Positions 8,862-17,812 of a DNA stretch of 64,000 bases are shown here, in pieces. The stretch lies in the NCBI GenBank assembly GCA_012517825.1, contig JAAYUG010000028.1, positions 667 to 64,666 on the forward strand. The letters are read 5' to 3'. The notes under the pieces are model-generated. The model made no database searches and was not told the DNA's origin. It saw nothing but the letters and a program-made list of their open reading frames with translations. Within the stretch, counting starts at the first letter, position 1, and every line of letters starts with the position of its first letter. A program made the translations under genes and the position numbers. The DNA is from Bacteroidales bacterium (GTDB lineage Bacteria > Bacteroidota > Bacteroidia > Bacteroidales > JAAYUG01).

Positions 8862-9434
8862 ATGGAGGACAAGGAAATTGTTCAGAAAATACTGGACGGA
8901 GATCACCGGGCCTTTGAGATGCTGGTAGAAAAATACCAGGAAATGGTATTCCGGACGTGCATCGGATTATTGCATAATCCTGATGATGCTGATGATTTAG
9001 CTCAGGAAGTATTCGTCGAGGTTTTTGAGTCGCTGGGATTTTTCCGGCATGAAGCCAGGCTTTCTACATGGATTTACAGGATTGCCGTCAACAAATCACT
9101 CAATCATTTAAAAAAGATCAAGAAGAAAAGTCTTTTCAAAAGCCTGGAGGAAATTTTTCAGCTAGGACAGAAAAATGATCTGTCTGTTTCCCTGGCAGAT
9201 GGTGCCGATAAGGGTGTTGAGGCGGAGGAACAGAAAAAAATCCTCGAGGCAGCCTTGAACAAACTGCCTGAAAACCAGAGAATAGCATTTGTTCTTTTCC
9301 GTTATGATGAATTGCCGCAGAAATAGATTGCCGAAATTATGGGTCTATCTGTTTCGGCGGTTGAGTCTCTTGTTCACCGGGCCAGGAAAAATTTGTATAA
9401 ATTACTGGAAAACACCGAAATTCATGCTAAATAA
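8862..9434 (+). pseudogene. ECF-type RNA polymerase sigma-70 family factor interrupted by an in-frame TAG (9324-9326)
   Basis: Region 2 (...DDADDLAQEVFVEVF...STWIYRIAVNKSLNHLKK) lies in the listed ORF 8862..9326. After the TAG the same frame continues IAEIMGLSVSAVESLVHRARKNLYKLLE...TAA (9432-9434), which is the region 4.2 helix-turn-helix. Confidence 0.75.
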
Positions 9435-9482
9435 CATGCAAGATTTTTGCTTATTTGTTGTCAAATCAAAAAAGGACCGGTT

Positions 9483-9920
9483 ATGAAATGCCAGGAGGTT
9501 TCCGATTATCTTGACCGTTATCTGGACGGCCAACTGGATGCCGGTACCAGCCGGATGTTGCAGGATCATTTGTCTTCCTGCGATTCCTGCCGGCAGAAAG
9601 TTGAGCGGTTTGAGCTTATTATGGAGGCTATTGAAAAGGAGAAGAAAGCAGAGCTCAGGCCATTCTTTTATACGCGGGTATTAAATAGGCTGGAAGCAAA
9701 AAAGGAATCCGAGATGAGGACAGGCACTGCTCAACGGGTTTGGCAGCCCGCCCTGATGGTCCTTTTGCTTCTGCTTTCCCTTACTATTGGTATTCTCGTG
9801 GGCAGCAAATATTCAGGTACTACATACACACAATCAACAAACACTGTAATTTCTGCCGATGAGTTTTACATCAATGAAGGCCGGAATGAAATTGAAACCA
9901 TTCTTTTGGCGGAGGAATAA
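9483..9920 (+). CDS. Anti-sigma factor (zf-HC2 type, single TM)
   Basis: MKCQEVSDYLDRYLDGQLD...HLSSCDSCRQ (H-x3-C-x2-C) and a central TM (ALMVLLLLLSLTIGILVG). It sits immediately downstream of the ECF sigma factor. Confidence 0.8.
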   Translation: MKCQEVSDYLDRYLDGQLDAGTSRMLQDHLSSCDSCRQKVERFELIMEAIEKEKKAELRPFFYTRVLNRLEAKKESEMRTGTAQRVWQPALMVLLLLLSLTIGILVGSKYSGTTYTQSTNTVISADEFYINEGRNEIETILLAEE

Positions 9921-9923
9921 GCC

Positions 9924-10466
9924 ATGAATTATTTTTCAGGAAACAGGATTCTTTACTGGATCATTGCCATACTGGGCGTGTTCTGTCTTTCTCTTCTGGC
10001 GGGTATTTATGTTCACTATATGAAGGGAAAGAAATTGTATGAACAGAGAGTTCAGATGGAGCAACAGAGGCATCGTGACATCATGAACAACCTTCATCTG
10101 ACGCCGGAACAGGAAAATGCTTTCAACCTTTCGCGCGATAAATATTTCCATGAGGCCGGTGCTGTAATGGAACAACTGAATGCGAAAAGAAATGAATACA
10201 TTCAGGAATTGACTTCCGAAAATCCTGACACAACCCGTCTGAAAGCCATTTCAGAAGAAATCGGAGTCCTTCACAGGAACCTGAAGGTTCTTACCATGCG
10301 GCATTATATGGAATTGCGGAGATTGTGCAATGCTGATCAGCAGAAGGTTCTGAACGAAATGTTCAGTCGTTTTATACAGAACGAAGGGAAACACAGGGGC
10401 CCCGGAGCAGGCAAATGGCAGAAAAGAACCTCGCCGGTTGATTGTCCCTGGTTTAAGGAAAATTAA
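9924..10466 (+). CDS. Membrane-anchored Spy/CpxP-family (LTxxQ) periplasmic protein, 'periplasmic heavy metal sensor'-like
   Basis: N-terminal TM, an LTPEQ motif and a helical repeat region. The start is 3 nt after the anti-sigma stop. Confidence 0.65.
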   Translation: MNYFSGNRILYWIIAILGVFCLSLLAGIYVHYMKGKKLYEQRVQMEQQRHRDIMNNLHLTPEQENAFNLSRDKYFHEAGAVMEQLNAKRNEYIQELTSENPDTTRLKAISEEIGVLHRNLKVLTMRHYMELRRLCNADQQKVLNEMFSRFIQNEGKHRGPGAGKWQKRTSPVDCPWFKEN

Positions 10467-10498
10467 CATTTGGTTGTGCAAGATTGGAACACGGAAAG

Positions 10499-11041
10499 AT
10501 GTCTAACAGGCAAACCAATAAACAAAGTGGTATGAAAAAGAATGTATTTTTAATGTTACCTGCATTTTTGCTGTTAATCTCAGCATGGGGGCAGGTTTCA
10601 GCGCAGCCGGCCTCAGGTCCCGGACCATTGGCATGGTGCAGCAATCTTCCCGGACTCACCGGAGATCAGGAAGCGAAGATTAAGCAATTGCAGACCCAGC
10701 ATCTGAAAGACATGCAGGCGTACCGTAACCAGTTAAACGAGAACAGGGCACGGTATCAGACCCTGATGACAGCACCTCAGCCCGACATGAAGGCTATCAA
10801 TGCCAACATTGAAGAAAGGGCAAAAATCAGGACCGAAATGGAGAAAAACCAGGCAGCTCATGTACAGGCTATCCGGCAGGTGCTAACTGATGAACAACGT
10901 GTATATTTTGACCAGCACATTGGGAAACGGAAAGCTTGCAATGGATGTGGTTATGGAGCAGGTTGCCGTCATGGTTTCGGACCCGGACCTGGTGCGGGCG
11001 CTGGTATGCAGCATCGGAGAGGAGCCGGCTGGAATCAATAA
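10499..11041 (+). CDS. Secreted Spy/CpxP/ZraP-like LTxxQ protein with a Cys/Gly/His-rich C-terminal tail
   Basis: Signal peptide MKKNVFLMLPAFLLLISAWGQVSAQ (alternative start 10532). Two LTxxQ motifs (LTGDQ, LTDEQ). Tail is ACNGCGYGAGCRHGFGPGPGAGAGMQHRRG. Confidence 0.7.
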   Translation: MSNRQTNKQSGMKKNVFLMLPAFLLLISAWGQVSAQPASGPGPLAWCSNLPGLTGDQEAKIKQLQTQHLKDMQAYRNQLNENRARYQTLMTAPQPDMKAINANIEERAKIRTEMEKNQAAHVQAIRQVLTDEQRVYFDQHIGKRKACNGCGYGAGCRHGFGPGPGAGAGMQHRRGAGWNQ

Positions 11042-11083
11042 ACCAGTTATCTTCTAACAGATCAGAAGCAGAAAATTAAAACA

Positions 11084-11120
11084 GGCGGTTTGCTGAATTA
11101 GGTGAACCGCCAGTTTTTTT
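11084..11120 (+). terminator. Rho-independent terminator separating the sigma/LTxxQ operon from the efflux operon
   Basis: GGCGGTT / AACCGCC stem with a 14-nt loop, followed by AG + T7. Confidence 0.65.
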
Positions 11121-11132
11121 ATTTGTTTTTTG

Positions 11133-11140
11133 TACATTTG
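11133..11140 (+). promoter_or_regulatory. Bacteroidota-type -7 promoter box (TACATTTG)
   Basis: Matches TAnnTTTG, 24 nt upstream of the ATG at 11164. Confidence 0.45.
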
Positions 11141-11163
11141 AATGAATTTATATCTGATCTGCC

Positions 11164-14100
11164 ATGTTCAACCGCATCATTGATTTTTCAGTAGGAAATA
11201 AACTCTTTGTAGGAATTACCATAATTTTTCTTATTGCCGGGGGCATCTATTCCATGATGAATGTACCTGTTGATGCGGTACCGGATATTACCAACAACCA
11301 GGTGCAGGTAGTTACCGTGAGTCCTTCCCTCTCGCCGCAGGAAGTAGAAAAGCTGATTACCTATCCGGTAGAAATGGCTATGGCAAACATTCTGAATGTT
11401 GTTGAAATAAGGTCAGTATCGCGTTTCGGTCTTTCGGTAGTAACTATAGTGTTCAAGGACCATGTTCCCATACTTGATGCAAGACAGCTTGTCAATGAGC
11501 AGATACAGGTTGTAGCTTCGGAGCTTCCGGCTGGTCTGGGTACACCGCAGTTGATGCCAATCACAACAGGGCTGGGAGAGATTTATCAGTATACCCTTGA
11601 GGTGGATCCAAAGTATCGGGACAAATATTCTGCTACTGATCTGAGAACCATTCAGGACTGGATTGTGAAGCGTCAGTTGTCGGGGATTCCGGGAATCGTT
11701 GAAATCAGCAGTTTCGGAGGGTATCTGAAACAATATGAAGTTGCGGTTGATCCTGACAAAATGCGGGCTGTTAATGTTACCATCAGCGAGGTATTCGATG
11801 CACTGGAAAAAAATAACCAGAACTCCGGCGGCAGTTATATTGAGAAATACAACAATGCCTATTATATACGTACCGAAGGGATGGTAAAAGATTTCAGTGA
11901 CATTGAGCAGATCGTGGTAAAAAATAACAACGGATTTCCGATTCTTATCCGTGATGTCGGGAAGGTGCACGAAGGGCATGCACCCCGTTTCGGAGCCATG
12001 ACTAAAAACGGGATGGGAGAAGCTGTTGGCGGAATCACCCTGATGCTGAAAGGAGCCAATTCATCCCAGGTGATCCGCGAGGTAAAGAAGCGGGTTGCTG
12101 AAGTGCAGGAGCGGCTTCCGGAAGGAGTGAGGCTGCAATATTATCTGGACCGTTCACGCCTTGTTAAAAAAACCATTTCTACGGTCACCCGGAATCTGAT
12201 GGAGGGAGGGCTGATTGTGATTTTTGTACTGGTGCTGCTTTTGGGCGATGTTCGGGCAGGCATTATTGTAGCTTCGGTGATTCCGCTTGCCCTGTTGTTT
12301 GCCTTTATTATGATGCGCCTTTTCGGGGTATCGGCCAATCTGATGTCTCTGGGAGCCATTGACTTTGGAATTGTGGTTGATGGTGCCGTCATTATTGTGG
12401 AAGGAGTAATCCATCATTTGAAGACCCACCACAAAGGCCAGGTGCTGAGTACCGAAGAGCTGGGTGAAATTGTTTCCGATTCAACCAAATCGATTTACAA
12501 ATCTGCCGTTTTCGGTGTCATCATTATCCTGATCGTGTTTTTTCCTATTCTTTCCCTTACAGGGATAGAAGGGAAAACCTTCCGGCCCATGGCACAGACT
12601 GTAAGCTTTGCCATAGCAGGGGCCCTGTTTCTCGGGCTGACCTATGTACCCATGATTTCTTCGCTTTTTCTGAGCCGCAAGGTGGCAGAAAAGCGCACCC
12701 TGTCGGACCGGCTGATTGATTTTCTCAAACTCACCTATCGTCCTGTATTACGCTTGTCTTTACGGTTCAAGTACTGGGTTCTGCTGCTGGCTTTTCTGGT
12801 TTTTGGTGTTTCGGTATGGGGCTTTCTTCATATGGGAGGTGAATTTATTCCCACCCTGGAAGAAGGTGACCTGGCCATGCAGATGAGTCTTCCTCCCGGC
12901 AGTTCGCTTGACGAAAGCATTGAAATTGCTACCAGGGCCGAGCAGGTGCTGAAAAAAAATTTTCCCGAAGTATTACAGGTAGTTTCAAAGATCGGTACGG
13001 CGGAGGTCCCAACCGATCCGATGGCGGTAGAGGATGCCGATATTATGATTACATTGAAGGAAAAGGAGGAATGGGTAAGTGCCAGTTCAAGGGAGGAACT
13101 GGTGGATAAAATGAAACAGGCCTTGAGTGTGGTTACCGGAGCCACATTTGAATTTACCCAGCCAATCCAGCTCAGATTCAACGAGCTAATGACAGGGGCC
13201 AAATCAGATATTGCCATCAAGATCTTTGGTGAAGACATGGATACACTATATTCTCTGGCCGGGAAAGCAGCTGCGGGCATTGAAAATGTTCCCGGGGCAA
13301 AGGATGTGAAGGTGGAAAAAATTCAGGGATTGCCCCAATTGGTCATACGCTATGACAGGGCGAAACTGGCAAAATACGGACTCACTATCAGCGAACTGAA
13401 CCATACGGTTCGTTCAGCTTTTGCGGGAGGAGTTGCAGGTACCGTTTATGAAGGCGAGAAGAAGTTTGATCTGGTGGTTCGTTTGGAAGAAACTTATCGT
13501 CGCAAAGCAGACTTGAATAATTTATTTGTACGCACCTCACAGGGACAGATGATTCCTTTGAGTGAAGTGGCCACGATGGAGTTTTATGAAGGTCCGATGC
13601 AGATTTCCCGCGACGGGACCCGCCGGCGTGTTGTTATAGGAGTAAATGTGCGGGGCAGAGATGTGGAGTCGGTGGTGAAGGACATTGAGCAGGTACTTGG
13701 CCAAAATCTGAAACTTCCTCCCGGATACTACATATCGTACGGAGGTCAGTTCGAAAATCTCAGCCATGCCAAACAGCGTTTGTCGGTGGCCATACCTGTT
13801 GCCCTTGCCCTTATCATGTTGTTATTGTTTTTCACCTTTAATTCTGTAAAATATGCGCTTATGATTTTCACAGCTGTTCCTCTTTCTGCCATTGGAGGCA
13901 TTGCCGCGCTGGCTATACGGGGGATGCCGTTCAGCATATCGGCAGGGGTGGGTTTCATAGCTCTTTTTGGTGTGGCGGTGCTGAATGGTATTGTGCTGAT
14001 CAGTTATTACAATACGTTGAAAAAAGAAGGAGGGCGTGAGTTGCATGATCTGGTAGAATACGGAGCCATGCTGAGGCTCAGACCCGTTATGATGACAGCC

Positions 14101-15480
14101 CTGGTGGCCTCACTGGGTTTTCTTCCCATGGCAATATCCACTTCAGCGGGGGCAGAAGTACAAAAACCTTTGGCTACGGTTGTCATTGGAGGGCTGATTA
14201 CTTCTACCCTTCTTACCATGATTGTTTTACCGATACTGTATATTATTTTCAACAGCGAGTGGCGCATTCTGGGCCTTCGCATTCGGTTCAATGCATTCCT
14301 TCCCCTGCTTGCCTTGTTCTTTCTCGGACAGGGAAAAGCAGAAGCCCAAACCCGTCTGACCCTGGAGGAAGCCGTACAAATGGCATTACAGAATAATCCT
14401 GAAATACGCAATGCCTCCCTGCGCACCGAAGCGGTTCTGGCAAAGAAAAGGGCGGTTTTTGATCCGGGCCTGACCGAAATACGGTACCAGAAAGGGCAAA
14501 TCAATTCAGCCCTGCAGGATCAGTATCTGGAGGTGAACCAGCAGTTGGGTTCCCTTCCCGAGCATATTGCCAGGATTTCCTATGTTAAGCATCTTGCCAG
14601 CCTGAGCCGCTCGGAAGAAGTTCTGACGGAAGCCAGGGTTACAGTTGAAGTTAAATCTCTCTGGTTTGAATGGATGGCTGCTCTGCTCAGAATGCGAATG
14701 ATGCAGGATTATATGCAAACAGCCGGACGGTTGCAGCAGGTTGCTTCAATACGTTACAGCACCGGTGAAATTACTCTTCTTGAAAAAACAGCTATTGAGT
14801 CGGAATATATGCGACTGCAAAGCGAATACAAAGAATGGGAGGAAAATTCAAGGCAGGCAGCAAACCGCATCAGACAGGTACTTTTTCTCACTGACAGTTT
14901 GGTTCCTGCCGATACATTGCTGGAAATGATTTCACCGCCTGAAAGCTTTTTACTGGCAGAAGATTCCTCCGGCCGGTCGGTTCTGATGTGGTATGAAAAT
15001 TCCCTGAAGGCAAAATCTGCAGAAGTTGCCATCGAGAAAGCCCGGTATTTCCCTTCCCTTTTTGCCGGGTATTTCCGGCAGGACATTGATCAGGTGCATG
15101 GATTTGAAGGATGGCAGGCCGGAATCAGTTTTCCTCTCTGGTTCCTTCCTCAGTCGGCTAAGGTTAAGGAAATGAAAATCAACAAGGAAATAGCGCGGAA
15201 CGAATATGAATACCAGAAGTTCGCTGTAAGAAATACCGTTGAAAACCTTACCGGTGAACTAAACAAACTGGCGGCACGCATTGCCTATTACCGCAACGGT
15301 GCACTGCAGCAGGCCGATATAATGATACGTACCGCAGGTCTTCAGTATGAAAAGCAGGAAATTGGCTACCTGGAATACCTGCAATTGCTTCATACCGCCA
15401 TGACAATCCGCTTTGGCTACCTTGATGCATTAAAAAATTACAATCAGACAGCAGCACAGCTTGAATATTATACCCGATAA
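11164..15480 (+). CDS. CusA/CzcA-family heavy-metal RND efflux pump fused to a TolC-like outer-membrane factor (single 1438-aa ORF)
   Basis: The N-terminal ~1040 aa have CzcA hallmarks (VPVDAVPDITNNQVQV..., 12-TM layout). A hydrophobic linker FNAFLPLLALFFLGQGKAEA-Q follows. The C-terminal ~380 aa begin LTLEEAVQMALQNNPEIR..., the canonical OMF N-terminus. No stop or frameshift occurs at the junction (14250-14350). Confidence 0.85.
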   Translation: MFNRIIDFSVGNKLFVGITIIFLIAGGIYSMMNVPVDAVPDITNNQVQVVTVSPSLSPQEVEKLITYPVEMAMANILNVVEIRSVSRFGLSVVTIVFKDHVPILDARQLVNEQIQVVASELPAGLGTPQLMPITTGLGEIYQYTLEVDPKYRDKYSATDLRTIQDWIVKRQLSGIPGIVEISSFGGYLKQYEVAVDPDKMRAVNVTISEVFDALEKNNQNSGGSYIEKYNNAYYIRTEGMVKDFSDIEQIVVKNNNGFPILIRDVGKVHEGHAPRFGAMTKNGMGEAVGGITLMLKGANSSQVIREVKKRVAEVQERLPEGVRLQYYLDRSRLVKKTISTVTRNLMEGGLIVIFVLVLLLGDVRAGIIVASVIPLALLFAFIMMRLFGVSANLMSLGAIDFGIVVDGAVIIVEGVIHHLKTHHKGQVLSTEELGEIVSDSTKSIYKSAVFGVIIILIVFFPILSLTGIEGKTFRPMAQTVSFAIAGALFLGLTYVPMISSLFLSRKVAEKRTLSDRLIDFLKLTYRPVLRLSLRFKYWVLLLAFLVFGVSVWGFLHMGGEFIPTLEEGDLAMQMSLPPGSSLDESIEIATRAEQVLKKNFPEVLQVVSKIGTAEVPTDPMAVEDADIMITLKEKEEWVSASSREELVDKMKQALSVVTGATFEFTQPIQLRFNELMTGAKSDIAIKIFGEDMDTLYSLAGKAAAGIENVPGAKDVKVEKIQGLPQLVIRYDRAKLAKYGLTISELNHTVRSAFAGGVAGTVYEGEKKFDLVVRLEETYRRKADLNNLFVRTSQGQMIPLSEVATMEFYEGPMQISRDGTRRRVVIGVNVRGRDVESVVKDIEQVLGQNLKLPPGYYISYGGQFENLSHAKQRLSVAIPVALALIMLLLFFTFNSVKYALMIFTAVPLSAIGGIAALAIRGMPFSISAGVGFIALFGVAVLNGIVLISYYNTLKKEGGRELHDLVEYGAMLRLRPVMMTALVASLGFLPMAISTSAGAEVQKPLATVVIGGLITSTLLTMIVLPILYIIFNSEWRILGLRIRFNAFLPLLALFFLGQGKAEAQTRLTLEEAVQMALQNNPEIRNASLRTEAVLAKKRAVFDPGLTEIRYQKGQINSALQDQYLEVNQQLGSLPEHIARISYVKHLASLSRSEEVLTEARVTVEVKSLWFEWMAALLRMRMMQDYMQTAGRLQQVASIRYSTGEITLLEKTAIESEYMRLQSEYKEWEENSRQAANRIRQVLFLTDSLVPADTLLEMISPPESFLLAEDSSGRSVLMWYENSLKAKSAEVAIEKARYFPSLFAGYFRQDIDQVHGFEGWQAGISFPLWFLPQSAKVKEMKINKEIARNEYEYQKFAVRNTVENLTGELNKLAARIAYYRNGALQQADIMIRTAGLQYEKQEIGYLEYLQLLHTAMTIRFGYLDALKNYNQTAAQLEYYTR

Positions 15481-15491
15481 AAAATAAACTT

Positions 15492-16625
15492 ATGAGCTTC
15501 AAAACATTCTTTCTGATCATTTTTACTTTACTGGCAACATCCTGCGGGAAAAAGAAACTGGCTGAAATGCAGGAAGCAAATGACAGTCTGGCGGCCAATG
15601 AAGTTGTCATGCGGGATAACCAGCTGGAAATGGCGGAGGTACAGATAGGAAAAATGGAAAAACGGGTTCTTTCGTCTACGGTTGAATGCAATGGGTCTGT
15701 TGAAGTGCCACCGGGTCATTATGCTTCAGTGCATGCCCCCATGGCTGGTTATGTGGCTGAAGCCTACTTCTTTCCGGGCAATTACGTAAACAAGGGAACT
15801 GTACTGGCTGTGCTGGAAAATTACGACTTTATTGTTCTTCAGAGAGATTACCTGGAAGCCAAAAGCCAGCTTGCCTTTTATGAAAGCGAATACCGGAGGC
15901 AGGGAGAGCTGTCGCAGGGAAATGCCTCTTCGGTGAAGCAAATGCAATTTAGCGAAGCAGAATATATGAGCCGGAAAGCAAGACTTCAATCGCTGGCGGC
16001 CCAGCTTTCCATGCTGGGCATTGACCCGGAAAAAGTCACTGCCGATGCAATCAGTTCCCGTATAAAACTCAGAGCCCCCATCAGTGGATATATTGTGCGG
16101 GTTGAAGCAAGTATAGGAAAATACGCTGATCCGGCCACTTCGCTGTATGAAATTGTTGATAAGTCGCACCTGCACATCAATCTCAAAGTTTTCGAAAAAG
16201 ACATAAGCCGGATAAATAAAGGGCAGAAGGTGGATTTCACTATGGCCGGATTTCAGGAGACTTTTCATGCTGAAGTGGAAGCAACAGGGCAATATGTTAC
16301 GGATGAAGAACGCATGGTGGATGTACATTGCCATATTAAGAATCCTTCTTCTGAAATCATTCCTGGAATGTATGTGCGGGCAAAAATAAACCTGCGAAAC
16401 GATCCTGTTTACTGTTTACCTTCCACCTCCCTGGTAAGGGAAGACCGTACCAACTTTGTTTTCGTTCGGCACGGAAACCGTTTTATGCGGGTTCCCGTAA
16501 CCACCGGCATTGAACAGGACGATTATACCGAAATTATTCATCCTCCTGACAGCCTGCTGGAAGCTGAAATCGTGGTGCGGGGCGCCTATTACCTTGCGGC
16601 TTCTCTATCTGAGAGAGAGCAATAA
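15492..16625 (+). CDS. Efflux RND periplasmic adaptor subunit (CzcB/CusB, HlyD-like), lipoprotein
   Basis: Lipobox LLATSCG, a coiled-coil hairpin, and a lipoyl/beta-barrel pattern (...LRAPISGYIV...PGMYVRAKI...). It starts 11 nt after the RND gene. Confidence 0.85.
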   Translation: MSFKTFFLIIFTLLATSCGKKKLAEMQEANDSLAANEVVMRDNQLEMAEVQIGKMEKRVLSSTVECNGSVEVPPGHYASVHAPMAGYVAEAYFFPGNYVNKGTVLAVLENYDFIVLQRDYLEAKSQLAFYESEYRRQGELSQGNASSVKQMQFSEAEYMSRKARLQSLAAQLSMLGIDPEKVTADAISSRIKLRAPISGYIVRVEASIGKYADPATSLYEIVDKSHLHINLKVFEKDISRINKGQKVDFTMAGFQETFHAEVEATGQYVTDEERMVDVHCHIKNPSSEIIPGMYVRAKINLRNDPVYCLPSTSLVREDRTNFVFVRHGNRFMRVPVTTGIEQDDYTEIIHPPDSLLEAEIVVRGAYYLAASLSEREQ

Positions 16626-16761
16626 TGGTTCAGGATGTTCCCTTATTGGCTCGTAAACTTTCATATGTGGTCGGAGCCGTCTGGTATGCGTAATTCCTGC
16701 ATAGAATGCCAGGAAGGCAAGTTTTGTGTCGTCCTTTAAAATATTTATTTCAGAAATTCGT

Positions 16762-16769
16762 TAATTTTG
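16762..16769 (+). promoter_or_regulatory. Bacteroidota-type -7 promoter box (TAATTTTG)
   Basis: Matches TAnnTTTG, 30 nt upstream of the ATG at 16799. Confidence 0.45.
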
Positions 16770-16798
16770 AAGCGTTTATAAAATTAAAACAAACAAGT

Positions 16799-17713
16799 AT
16801 GGAACAGAACATGAATGTGAATGATAAACAACTGAATAATATTGCCGAGCGCCGGAAGCGCTGGAATCTTATTCTGATTATAATAATTGTGTTGCTTGCC
16901 ATTGGTGCGGCCTATCTTTACAACCTCAATCAGCAGCAGAAAAAGGAAGCGGCGCAGATTCAGCAGGTACTGGAGGATGAAAAAGACAAACTGACCAACG
17001 AACTGAAAGGCCTGATGAACGAGTATGAAGCCCTGAAGTCAGACAACGACAGCATGAACCGGAAGCTGGAAGAACAACAGGACCGTATCAAAAAGCTTCT
17101 CGCCATCAATGCAAGCAATGTGGAAAAAATCAATCTTTATAAAAAAGAGCTGGTTACCCTCAGGGAAATCATGAAGAGTTATATTGTTCAGATTGACTCG
17201 CTGAACCGCAGAAACATGCAGCTTGTTGAAGAGAACAAGGAGGTGAAGGAACGGCTTGACCAGGCCAGGAAGAGCAATGAAGAGCTTACCCAGGTAAAGG
17301 AGGAACTGACGCAAAAAGTCAAGCAGGCTTCCATTCTTTCGGCCAAAGATATTGTTGTAACTCCGCTTAACCGGAGGAGCAAGGACACTGACAGGGCCAG
17401 CAGGGTAGCCAAGATCAAAACCTGTTTTACGATTCGTGAAAATACCATCGTGCAACCCGGCAGGCGGATTGTTTACTGCCGTATTACCCGCCCCGACCAG
17501 CTGGTCTTTACCAGTTCGGAAAACAATTTGTTTGATTTCCAGGGGCAGCAGATCGTTTTTTCCGAAAAACGGGAAGTCGATTACGAAAATGCCGATGTGG
17601 ACGTATGCATTTATTATGCTGTGAAGGAAGGAGAAATGATACCGGGACAGTATTCAGTGGATCTTTTCACTGATGGCAACCTCATAGGAAGCACAACCTT
17701 TGTACTGAAATAG
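16799..17713 (+). CDS. Hypothetical membrane-anchored coiled-coil protein
   Basis: MEQNMNV... start chosen for its promoter spacing. One TM (LILIIIIVLLAIGAAYL), a ~170-aa heptad-rich region and a beta-rich C-terminus. TAG stop. Confidence 0.6.
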   Translation: MEQNMNVNDKQLNNIAERRKRWNLILIIIIVLLAIGAAYLYNLNQQQKKEAAQIQQVLEDEKDKLTNELKGLMNEYEALKSDNDSMNRKLEEQQDRIKKLLAINASNVEKINLYKKELVTLREIMKSYIVQIDSLNRRNMQLVEENKEVKERLDQARKSNEELTQVKEELTQKVKQASILSAKDIVVTPLNRRSKDTDRASRVAKIKTCFTIRENTIVQPGRRIVYCRITRPDQLVFTSSENNLFDFQGQQIVFSEKREVDYENADVDVCIYYAVKEGEMIPGQYSVDLFTDGNLIGSTTFVLK

Positions 17714-17758
17714 CCTGGTTTGTAGGGCTGATTCGGGAAATACACTACAGGTGCAAAT

Positions 17759-17798
17759 CAAAAAACGGCAGCTTGCCAAAAAGCAAGCTGTTTTTTTT
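17759..17798. terminator. Bidirectional Rho-independent terminator between convergent genes
   Basis: A-run, CAGCTTGC / GCAAGCTG stem, 6-nt loop, then a T8 run. Confidence 0.8.
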
Positions 17799-17812
17799 AT
17801 TGTTTGGATGCT

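Noticed and set aside
9324-9326. Genome-wide reassignment of TAG to a sense codon, as an explanation for the in-frame TAG in the ECF sigma factor.
   Set aside because: TAG terminates the CrtI-like gene (1408-1410) and the coiled-coil gene (17711-17713) at positions giving normal full-length C-termini. No other gene in the window needs TAG readthrough.
9289-9486. Listed 65-aa ORF bridging the sigma and anti-sigma genes.
   Set aside because: It is out of frame with the real coding signal. The same DNA encodes the sigma region 4.2 HTH in the sigma frame and the anti-sigma N-terminus, so the ORF is a by-product.
11413-16334. Several long minus-strand ORFs (11413..11979, 12828..13280, 14007..14504, 15726..16334).
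   Set aside because: All are antisense to the strongly supported RND-OMF and adaptor genes. They have no recognisable motifs and are typical shadow ORFs.
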